Shown: positions 25,397-36,069 of the stretch, piece after piece
Layout: each line of letters begins with the position of its first letter
How positions within the stretch are numbered: position 1 is the stretch's first letter
From: Hypanus sabinus
Taxonomy: Eukaryota
DNA: 64,000 bases
NCBI RefSeq assembly: GCF_030144855.1
Contig: NC_082710.1
Coordinates: 170,748,001 to 170,812,000, forward strand
Reading direction: 5' to 3'
The notes under the pieces: generated by a model
Seen by the model: only the letters and a program-made list of their open reading frames with translations
The model's database searches: none
What the model was told of the DNA's origin: nothing
Program-made: the position numbers and the translations under genes

Positions 25397-25525
25397 GAAG
25401 ATGGGACTGTGAACCAACTGATCGTGAAGAAGATAGGGGAAGAAGCAGATCCTCAACCGTGCTCTCAGCAGTCGGGTCAGGAATATGACGAGGATTCCAG
25501 TTCTGTTCCTCTGATTGAACCTTGA
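25397..25525 (+). CDS. Gene 1 terminal coding exon c10 (EDGTVNQLIVKKIGEEADPQPCSQQSGQEYDEDSSSVPLIEP*)
   Basis: Acceptor tttgtgttttcattag; phase-0 frame open for 42 codons to TGA at 25523-25525. Confidence 0.75.
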   Translation, partial: EDGTVNQLIVKKIGEEADPQPCSQQSGQEYDEDSSSVPLIEP

Positions 25526-25691
25526 ACCCCCGATGGCAACAGATTGTTCACAACTGCTCCGTGTCGTCGAAAGAAATCTGTCAATGGCTTGAGTTTGTGC
25601 CTCTGTGCTTGCTTCAGCTTCCACCTCGGTTACTCTCCCCGAATTAACAGATCAAACCAAACTCTCTCCTCGAGTGTGGGATTGCTGGTGT

Positions 25692-25697
25692 AATAAA
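25692..25697 (+). terminator. Candidate polyadenylation signal of gene 1
   Basis: AATAAA about 170 nt downstream of the predicted stop. Confidence 0.4.
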
Positions 25698-25964
25698 CCT
25701 GGAGGGGAATCACACTATTTATCACCACCGCAGAGTCACAAGAGGCTGCCGATTCTGGAATCCGGAGCAGCACACTCAACGCTGGAGGAACTCCGTGTGT
25801 CCGGCGTTATCTGTGGAGGGAAATGGAGAGTCAGAGTCTCTGCTCTGGAAACTAGAGGGGAGACAGCCAAATGTATAAAGATGGAGAAGTGCTGGCAGGT
25901 GAGGGGGGTGATAGGCAGATGGGGGGGGTGTAGTGTGGAAGCAGGTTCATGGGTTTGGTGAGTC

Positions 25965-26383
25965 AGACACTAACTACAAATAAGCATATTAATCATTTAT
26001 TTACAAACAGTAAAAGATTCGACCAAACATCTAAGTCCCTAAGTTGAACAAATTACAAAACTAAATATTCAACAAACAGAAACCTAATGTGCAGGGGCCT
26101 TCTAAGTCTGGAGCAAACTTTCCCAATGGTTCTTTAGCACTAGTCACAACCTCAATGTGACGAGCCCCTGGAGACAAAAGCAAAGCTGCCAAGCCTCCAA
26201 CATGAGCTATTCTCATACCCGAGGTGCCTGACACAGACCACCGGTGCCATGGCACACAAGGCAACCCTTGGGAAAGACCTCAAATGGGACATTTGATGAC
26301 CAGCATGATGGAAGAGGCTTTCGACCGACAGGTTAACTATTCCCCAAAAACGGGGAGTGGGGCAGAGAGTGGGAATAGTGTCA
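25965..26383. mobile_element. Possible old solo LTR (about 420 bp)
   Basis: Imperfect terminal inverted repeat agacact...agtgtca with 4/5 matching flanks gagtc/gagac; interrupts a SINE-like sequence. Confidence 0.35.
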
Positions 26384-26639
26384 GAGACTGAAAGATGGAA
26401 AGGAGGAAGTAACCACATCCCCTCTCCCTTTGACCTTTCAGATCTTGTGAATGGTCTTGACCAGAAACGTTAATAGTCCATCTCTCCATAGGTGAACTTT
26501 GAATCAGGATCCTAGAACCTACTAGGGCCTGGCACTGTTCTGTAGTCCACTATGACTCATTGAACCTAAATCACCATGTTGTGCTAATTGGATGAGCGCC
26601 TGCGGTGTTTTGTATATTAAAGCCACTTTTCTACTTCCT

Positions 26640-28090
26640 TGTCTGCCTATCTGCCCTGTCCCAGGTTCCAAGATGTTACTGGTGAGGCAAGACTACATTT
26701 TGCAAGCTGCAAACTTCCACCAACTCCATCAGAATCCTACCACTAAACAAATCCATCATCTTCAACGCGATCCCAGCACCGAACATATCCGCCATTTCCA
26801 ACGGGATCCTACCACTACACAAATCCACCATCTTCAACGCGATCCCAGCACCGAACATATCCGCCATTTCCAACGGGATCCTACCACTACACAAATCCAT
26901 CATCTTCAACGCGATCCCAGCACCGAACAAATCCGCCATTTCCAACGGGATCCTACCACTACACAAATTCACCATCTTCAATGCGATCCCAGCACCGAAC
27001 ATATCCGCCATTTCCAACGGGATCCTACCACTACACAAATCCACCATCTTCAACGAGATCCCAGCACCGAACATATCCGCCATTTCCAACGGGATCCTAC
27101 CACTACACAAATCCACCATCTTCAACGAGATCCCAGCACCGAACATATCCGCCATTTCCAACGGGATCCTACCACTACACAAATCCACCATTCTCAACGA
27201 GATCACAGCAATGAACTGCCATCTCCAACAGGACCCGACCTCTAAGCAGATCGGCCACCTCCATCAGAATCCTGTCACTGAACATATCTTTATCCCCACA
27301 GGGATCACTCCGTCTGCAATTCCTTTGTCCATTCATTCCTCACCACTAATCTCCCTCCAGACACTTATCCCTGTTACCAGCTAAAGTGCCACACCTGCCT
27401 ATTCGCCTCCTCCTTCATCTCTATTCAGGGCCCCAAACTGTCTTTCCAGGTGAGGAAGACTTCGCCTTCAAATCTGTTGGGGTTGTCTATTATGTCCACT
27501 TCTTCTGATGTGGCCTCCTCTACATTGGTGAGATCCATCGTAAATTCAGGGAGGAGGGTGCCACTTCATCAAGCACCCCCACTCCATCCACCAAAAGTGG
27601 AGCTTTCCAGTGGCCAAATATTTTAATTCCCACTCCCAGTCCCATTCCTACACGTTGGTGCATGGCCACTTGTGCCTAGATGACACCACGCTCCGACTGT
27701 AGTTGGTACCCTCCAGCCAAATGGCATGAGTACTGATTGCTCCTTCCAATTAAAAAAACTCCTCCACCTCCCCTCTTCTACTCCCCACTCTGTCCTACTA
27801 CCTCTTCTCACCTGCCTGTCACTTCCCCCAGCTTCCCTCTTCTTCCCTTTCTCCAATGGTCCACCGTCCTCTCCTTCTCCTCCAGCCCTCTATCTCTCCA
27901 ACCCACCTGCCTTCACCTATCACCTTCTAGCTAGCTTCCTTCCCTTACCCCACCTTTTTATTCTGGCGTCCTCCCCTTCTTTCCCGATCCTGAAGAAGAG
28001 TTTTGGACTGAAACATCAACAGTTTATTCATCTCCATAGATGCTGTCTCACTTGCTGAGTTCCTCCAGCTTTCTGTGTGTGTTACTTTGG
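26640..28090 (+). mobile_element. Penelope-like element fragment (RT-to-GIY-YIG linker and endonuclease remnant)
   Basis: LQRDPTT linker, YPC...KC.TC zinc-knuckle-like remnant (about 27365-27400), tacattggtgagat (YIGE) and the typical 3' tail. Confidence 0.7.
26750..27200 (+). repeat. 72-bp higher-order tandem repeat (two related 36-bp monomers), about 6 copies
   Basis: Translates as (QIHHLQRDPSTEHIRHFQRDPTTT)6. Confidence 0.95.
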
Positions 28091-28324
28091 AGTTGCATCA
28101 TCTGCAGATGTTTGCATGTAAACAAAACTATTCTATTAAATATACATTTTCTGGACTACAATCACTGCAGTCGGCAGCCTGTAAGTTCCTTTTGGGAGCT
28201 GTGTGTTTGAATCAGAATCAGCTTTATTATCACTGGCATGTGTCATGAAATTTGATATCTTAGCAGCAGTAGCTCAATGTAATCATGGAAAAATAAGTAA
28301 ATAAATAAATTAATGTAGCATAAA

Positions 28325-29210
28325 TAAAATGCTGTTCTGTGACTCCAGTTCAGCATTCAACACCGTAATTCCCTCCAGGCTCGACAAGAAGGTCAGAGAG
28401 CTCAACATTCACGCTGCCTTGTGTAGCTGGATCCTGGACTTCCTGTCAGATTGCCGGATGGTGGTACGAGTGGGCTCCCTCACTTCTGCCCCTCTGACCC
28501 TCAAAACAGGTGACAGTCATAGCTGTGTACAAAGCCCCCTCCTTCACTCTCTGTATACTCATGACCGTGTCGTTACCCACAGCTCCGACCTGCCAATTAA
28601 ATTTGCAGATGATACTACTTTGATTGGCCTTATCTCAAATAACAGTGAGCCGACAGTGAAGAATTCATCACCCTGACAGAGTGGTGACAAGAACACAACC
28701 TCTCCCTCAATGTCGCAAAAACAAAGGAGCAGGTTGTGGACTACAGGTGGAATAGAGACAGGCTAACCCCTATTGACATCAATGGATCTGGGGTTGAGAG
28801 AGTGAACAGCTTTAAATCCCTCGGCATACACATCACCAAGGATCTCACGTGGTCTGTACATACCAGCTAAGTGGTGAAAAAGGCACAACAGTGCCTCTTT
28901 CACCTCAGATGTCTGAAGAAGTTTGGTATGGGCCCTCAAATCCTAAGAACTTTCTACAGGGGCACAATTGAGAGCATCCTGACTGGCTGCATCACTGCCT
29001 GGTATGGAAACTGTACCTCCGTCAATCGCAGGACTCTGCAGAGAGTGGTGTGGACAGCCCAGCGCATCTGTAGATGCGAACACCCACTACTCGGGACATT
29101 TACCAAGACAGGTGTGTAAAAAAGGCCCGAAGGATCATTGGGGACCTAAATCACCCTAACCACAAACTGTTCCAGCTGCTATCATCCAGGAAATGGCACT
29201 AAAGCACAAA
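28325..29210 (+). mobile_element. Rex1/Babar-type LINE RT fragment
   Basis: DSSSAFNTVIP..LCSWILDFL..KFADDTTLIGLI; VKKAQQCLFHLRCLKKFG. Confidence 0.85.
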
Positions 29211-29329
29211 ATTGAATTGAATTGACTTTATTTCTTACATTCTTCACATGCATGAGGAGTAAAAATCTTTACGTTACTTCTCCATCTAAATGTACAATGT
29301 ACAATGGTAGTAATTTATAATAAATAGAA

Positions 29330-30860
29330 CAGTCAATGCAAGATAGAGTACACTCAAGTCAGCGTGAGTTCATCAGTCTGATGGAAGAAGCTGTCCCAGA
29401 GCCTGTTGGTCCTGGCTTTTATGCTGCGGTACCGCTTCCCAGATGGTAACAGCTGGAATCGATTGTAGTTGGGGTGACTCGGGTCCCCAATGATCCCACG
29501 GGCCCTTTTTACGCATCTGACCTTGTAGATGTCCTGAATCATGAAAATTTCACAACTACAGATGCACTGGGCTGTCCGCACCACTCTCTGCAGTGTCCTG
29601 CGATTAAGGGAGGTACAGTTCCCATACCAGGAGGTGATGCAGCCAGTCAGGATGCTCTCAATTGTGCCCCTGTAGAAAGTTCTTAGGATTTAGAGGCCCA
29701 TACCAAACTTCCTCAACCCTCTGAGGTGAAAAAGGAACTGTTGTGCCTTTTTCACCACACAGCTGGTGTGCACAGACCATGTGAGATCCTCGGAGAAGCC
29801 AGGACCAACAGGCTTTGGGACATCTGCTTCTACCAGGCCTTCAAATTGATTATGTCAAACTGATACAATTGAATTTCTGTGTTATATTGACTGTCCAGTT
29901 GTGCATATTTTTATTATAAATTACCATAAATTGTGCACTGCACATTTAGACAGAGACATAACATAAAGAGTTTTACTCCTCCTGTAAGTAATAAAGTCAA
30001 GTCAATTAAATTCCAATACAGTAAATTTGTGTGTATTTATGTATGTATTTATGTATGACTAGATTAAAATAATACAAAACCAAAAGAATCATATATATTT
30101 TTAAAGAGTGAGGTAGTGTTCATGAGTTCAATGCCCATTTAGGAATCAGACGGCAGAGGGAAGAAGCTGTTCCTGAATTGCTGAGTGTGTCTCTTTAGGC
30201 TTCGGGACCTCCTTCCTGACAGGAACAATGAGATAGAGGGCATGTCCCGGGTGATGGGGGTCCTGAGTAATGGACGTTGTCTTTCTGAGGCACCACGTCT
30301 TGAAGATGTCTTGGGTGCAATGGAAGCTTGTGCCCTGGATAGAGCTGACTAATTTTACAACTTTGTGGAGCTTATTTCGGTCCTGTGCAGTAGCCCCCCT
30401 CCCCACCTCCTCCCCCATACCTGACAGTGATGCAGCCTGCCAGGATGCTTTCCACCGTACATCCACAGAAGTTTTTCAATCTCTTCAAACTCCTAATGAA
30501 ATATAACCTCTGTCTTGCCTTCTTTATAGCTGCATCGGTATGTCGGGACCAGGTTAGATCTTCTGACAGCTTCACACCTAGGAACTTGAAATTGCTCACT
30601 CTGTCCACTTACGATCCCTCTATGAGGTTTGGTTTGTGATCCCTCACTTTACCCTTCCTGTAGTGCACAATCAGCTCTTTGGTCTTACTGACGTTTGAGT
30701 GCCGGGTTGTTGCTATGACGCCCCTCAGCTGGCTGCTATATCCGTCTCCGGTACACTGTACACCTGTCGCATTTTCCGGTATCCTGAAGGATTCTGCAAA
30801 CTGGACTCTTAGGAACGCAGGTCCGACTGCAGCAGCCATGGCTGGAGCAAGCTTCAGGCC
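29330..30860 (-). mobile_element. Rex1/Babar-type LINE fragments (several pieces)
   Basis: HPNYNRFQLLPSGKRYRSIKARTNRL.DSFF; FKFLGV.LSEDLTWSRHTDAAIKKARQRLYF; TRHSNVSKTKELIV. Confidence 0.8.
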
Positions 30861-31509
30861 CAAGAGCGAAAAACAATACTTAGCCGATTAAAGAGCCGAA
30901 CCTGATTAAAAAGAGTTGAGGCCGAGGACAAAGAACAAATCAGTGTCCCGCTCACTACTCTGTGAGGTTCTCAGCACTAAACTGGCTCTGTGGCTGTGGA
31001 CTCTGCGGTTCATGTTGTACCAGAAACTTGTTTACTTTTAATTGTTTGCACAATTTGTTCTTTTTTCGCACATTGGAAGTTTGAATGTCTTGGTTGTGTG
31101 GAGATTTTTTTATCGTGTATTCTGCTGTGCTTTTTTATGTTTTGTGTCTGCCTGCAATAATTTGCATCTTAGGGTTGCATACAGTATATATACTGTGGTA
31201 ATAATAAAGTACTTTGGACTGTTAAACCTTGAAAAGAGACAAAGTGAGATGTGCTTTTCTTCGCTCTGGTCCAGCAGTGTCTGCATTCCCGTCAGTAGAG
31301 GACGGAGTTGCAGTGAAAGGGTGCCGGACAGCAGGGGGCAGTGTTGCGCTACGCTCGGGAAAACCCAACACCACACAAAGGAGCTGAAGGACCTCACTGG
31401 GTCAGCTAGTACCTGTGGACGGAAATGGACAGTTAGCGTCTCAGGTGGAGACACTTCCTCGGCTCTGAAGTGCCCATTTGACCATCTGCATGAGAGGAAA
31501 GCTGCCCCT

Positions 31510-31985
31510 CTGCATCACCCTTTGGGATGGACTTTGAGTTGAGTTGAGGCCTCCGTCGGACAGAGTTGACCATGGATATTGCATCCTAGCTGTCTAGATA
31601 AGCAAGCCAGGGCAGTACGATATAGAGAGCAAGCTGATGTTCGTGCAGTAAGCTCCCCCTCTCCATGCATCTGGTGAACCCAAAGAAACGGCAGAAACCG
31701 ATACCAGAAGCGTCGCAAGAGCTGCCAGTCAGGATTGAACTCATTTTGGTACAAAGAATGTGTCAGCTCAATGGAGGACTGCCCGGGGGACTCCAGCTCT
31801 GGATTTCCCTCTGGTTTTATTCTCAAAGCCCTCCCCATGAGTGGGTATAGCTGCAAGGCAGCGGAGATTTGAGATCAGAGTTTTCCTTTTTCCTGAATGA
31901 GCTGCCAATCCTGACTGGCGAGCCCCATCTGCCCGAAGCAACAGGTTTACAGGTGCCACTGACCCGCTTTTATCCTTCTCCTATC
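31510..31985 (+). mobile_element. Interspersed repeat, probably a non-autonomous RTE/SINE-like element
   Basis: gagccccatctgcccgaagc..acccgcttt resembles a recurrent chondrichthyan repeat as I recall it; no ORF support. Confidence 0.35.
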
Positions 31986-32163
31986 GAAACGGTGCAAATA
32001 ACATATATGATAGTATTATATGCACATATTATTCTTATATGCATTAACATTATATGTCGATAGAATACTGCATTATATTATGTGTGTATGTGCACATGTC
32101 TGTGTGCTTGTATTTGTGAGCGTGTGTGCGGGAGCGCGTTTCTCGGTGATGGTGGTGGTAATG

Positions 32164-32165
32164 GT

Positions 32166-32226
<61 letters not shown>
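32164..32226 (+). repeat. Compound microsatellite (GT)n(GA)n; a GA-rich tract also at about 32598-32710
   Basis: Directly visible. Confidence 0.95.
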
Positions 32227-32229
<3 letters not shown>

Positions 32230-32789
32230 CTCTGTCACCCGGTTCTCTGTGGCTCCACCTGCAAGGCTTTATATCGCGCGAGTGGCTCAGCAGACTCTAT
32301 AACAAAGCGGCAGGTATTTTTGGCAGCGTGAGTGTATCTATATTAATAGCACCACGTATCGTACGTGCGAAGCCTGTCTGTGAACATTAATATTTATGTG
32401 ATTATTTTCGGAGAAGGGAGAGAGGGGACCATGTATCTGTCTGCCAATACCTATATACCCCTGTTCACAAACACGCGCCCACTTACTCACATCAGGCGCA
32501 TCCTAAACCATCCATGAAAGAGTGAGCGTTTCGCATTTTGGGCTCATTGTCCAATACAGAACCGGAAAACCTGACGTGGAAGCAAATCATCCGCGGAGGG
32601 AGAGTGGGAGGGGAGAGCGAGCGAGGGAGGGGAAAGAGAGATAGAGGGGAGGGGAGAGAAGAGAGAGGTGGGGAGAGAGGGGGAAGAGAGAGGGGAGAGA
32701 GAGAGAGAGAAACTTTTTCACTCATGGTCCCTGTAAACTTTTTACATTTCACCCCCAATCCATGACCTGTATTTGTAGTTCCACCCAAC

Positions 32790-35700
32790 CTCAGTGGAGA
32801 AACACTGCTTCCATTTACCTTTTCTATACCCCTTAAAATGTTGTCTACCTCGATCAAATCTTCTAAATACCAAGTACTAACTTATCTAATCCTTCCTTCT
32901 AACTCTTGGTGCATTTTCTCTGTACTGTTTCAACTTTTTTTACATTTTTCCTGTAGGTAGGTGAGCAGAACTGCAGAGAATATTCTAAATTAGGCCTCTC
33001 CAATGTCTTATACAAATTAAACACAACATCCCATCTCCTATATTCAAAACGTTCATTTATGAAGGCCAATGTGCAGAAAACTTTCTTTATGACCCTGTCT
33101 ACCTGTGACATGACTTTCAATGAATGATGAACCTGCATTCCAGATCCCTTTGTACTACCACACTACTCAGTGTCCTGCTGCTCAATGAGCAAGACCTACC
33201 CTGGTTAGTCCTACCAAAGTGCAACACTTTGCACTTATCTGCATTAAATTCCTTCTGACATTTTCAGCCATTTTTTTCCACTGGTCCAGAACCCAGGACC
33301 ATGATAGCTTTCCTCCCTGTGCCCTACACTCACAATTTTGGTGTAATCAGGAAATTTATTGTTCCAGTTAAATGCATTGTCATCTAGATCATTGATGTAG
33401 ATGACAAATAACAATGGTCCCAGCACCATTCCCTGCAGCGCTCCGCTAGTCCCAGGCCTCCTGTCAGAGAGACAACCATCTACTACCACACTCTGGCTTC
33501 TCACACAAAACTAATGTCAAATATGATTTACTACTTCATCTTGATTGCCAAGTCACTGAACATCTCTGACCATTGTCCCATGCAGGACATTGTCAAATGC
33601 CTGGCTGACGTCCATATAGCCAACATCCACTGTCTTGCCTTCATCAGCTTTTCTGGTAACATCCTCAAAAACCTATATAGGATTTGTTTGACATCGCCTA
33701 CCGCACATTAAGCCACACTGACTATTATATCAGTCCACATATATCCAAATACTCATATAATTTCCTTAGAATACCTTCCAATAAATTTTCCACTACTGAT
33801 GTCTGCGTATCTGTGCTGTAATTTCCTAGTTCATCTTTAGCGCCTCCCTAGAACAGCAGAACAATATTGGCTATCCTTCAATCTTCTGCTACCTCTCCTG
33901 TCAATAAGGATGATTTTTACTATGTACTGTACCAGCAGTTATGGTTGAAATGACAATAAAAGTGACTTGACTTGACTTGACTTGACATGACTTGATTTAA
34001 ATATCTCTGCTAGGGCCTGGGCATTTTCTACACTTGGTCCCAAAGGGTCTGAGATAACACCTTGTCAGGCCTTGGGGATTTGACTGCCCTGATTTGTCTC
34101 AGATCAGCAAACAGCTCCTCCTTTTGTGAGCAAGGGCTGCTTTGTCTCACTTCTATAGACTCCTGAGTAAATAGATGCAAAAAAAAAATTATTTAAGGTC
34201 TTCACCAACTGTTTTGGCTGCACACATGGATTACCATTCTGATTATTCAGAGGACCAGTTTTGTCCTTTGTAATGCTCTTGCTCTTAGCGTATCTGTAGA
34301 AACCGCAGGGATTCTCTTTCACTTTGCCTGCTTTGGCAACTTCATGACCGCTTTTATCCCTCCTGATTTCATCCTTTAGTGTTCTCTTGCATTTTGTATA
34401 CTCCATGAGCACCTCATTTCTTCCTGACTGCCTATACCTGCTTTGCACCTGCTTTTTCTCTTAAGCAGGGACTCTATAGCTTTTGAGAATAAAGGTTCCC
34501 TACACTTGTTTTCTTTACCTTTTATCCTGACAGGCACACACAAGCCTTGTACTCCCAAAGTTTAACTGGTGAAGAACTTCCACTATAATAACTTTATGTA
34601 TCTTGCAACAGTTTGCAATCTCTATACAAATTTGTTCCTCTAAATGCATCAGACTGTTGGGTGGCCCATTCGTGGTAGCTTCATTAAAATAGCCACACCT
34701 TTCTTATTTCTTGGTTCCACCCATAACGCTTCACTGGCTGGGTTCTCCAGTCTGTCTTGACAGGGAACTGCCATGACATTGTCCCTGACTAGTAAGTGGA
34801 GCCTGCTCCTTTAATCCCTCTGTCACCACAAAAATAACACAACCCCAGAATATTGAGATGCCAGTCCTGCCCCTCCAAAACACAATCATGGCTACAATAT
34901 CATAATTCCAGGTGTTAATCCCTGCCCCTGGCTTATCCACCTTTCCCGATACTTGCAATAAAATATCCGCAACTGAGGACATTGGTCACACCATGATCAA
35001 ACTGTTGTCCTGATGTCTTCTGTCTCCACAACCACTCCACTATCTGTTCTTGTACTCTGATTCCCATCCCCCTGCAACTCTAGTTTAAACACCACCATGC
35101 AGCATTAACAAACCTTCCCACTAGGATATTAGTCCCCTTCCCGTTCTAGTTCTAATCTCTTTCTAGTTCATAGAACCTCCTTTCTGTTTCCACTGACTAA
35201 AAAAAAAAGATCACCTATCACCACAGCTCACTTCTTCTCCTACTTCCCTTCCCAGAGCCAAACTCAGTACCAGAAACCCTACCTTTCCTGTACTAGGTCA
35301 TCCCCCCCAACAGTATCCAAAATGACAGACCTGTTGTTGAGGGGAATCGCCACAAGATTACTCTCGACTGGCTCTTCATCGTATTTTCCTTTCCTCACTG
35401 TCACCCTGTTTCCTGTGTCCTGCACATTGGGTGTAACTGTCTCTCTATATGTCCTGTCTATCACCCCCTCAGCCTCTTGAATGATCCGGAGTTAATCTAG
35501 TTCCAGCTCCAACTCCTTAACGCAGGTTGTTAGAAGCTGCAGCTGGATGCATTTCTTGCAGGTGTTGTCGTCACGCCAAAGGCTCCCTATCTTCCCATCT
35601 GGCATCTCTACTGTTCTAACTGAACAATATAAGGAAGGATGAACAATAAACTGTGTGGCGGGGGCGGGGTGGGGGGCGCAACCTTCTCTCACTGAAGTCT
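32790..35700 (-). mobile_element. CR1 LINE fragments (3' end, RT, EN, ORF1) with a (gactt)n LINE tail at about 33960-33995
   Basis: GMVLGPLLFVIYINDLD..KF.DYTKI; KVKENP.GFYRY.KSK; ORF1-like KKCIQLQLLTTCVKELELELD. Confidence 0.85.
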
Positions 35701-36069
35701 CTCCTCGCCGAAGCCTCGAAGATCTAAAGCCTCAAAACCCTCACCCTGACTCAGTCCACTCCAACCTGCCTGTGCTGACCACCATCCACGCTGCAGATTC
35801 GGACTGCAAGCTGTCATCTCGGACTCGTGTGAGATTTCAGATAAATTAACTGATAAAAGATGAAGACAGAGTTAGAATTACACATTTATTAATTGATAAC
35901 TGTTCTGGCTGGGATCCAGGGAGAATCTGTTTCGGGCTATTGGAAATTTCTGTAATCCCTTCACTTACAGATTGAGCTCTGCAATGAATTGGACTTAACT
36001 CCTAATCAAAACAGAAAGCACTGGAAAACTTGCAGTAGGCAATAGAGTTAACGTTTACAAGCACCACAC

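Noticed and set aside
26592-27245. 217-aa repetitive ORF as a protein-coding gene, or the array as CRISPR-like
   Set aside because: It is a tandem repeat within a retroelement, with no unique spacers, no splice context and a eukaryotic host.
31250-31450. Acceptor-like site followed by a GC-rich open stretch
   Set aside because: No recognisable product or good donor, and the 3' half is a Penelope/SINE-type repeat.
35860-35925. Leader-like MKTELELHIY*LITVLAGIQG
   Set aside because: In-frame stop and no splice donor; a convincing leader exists at 38238.
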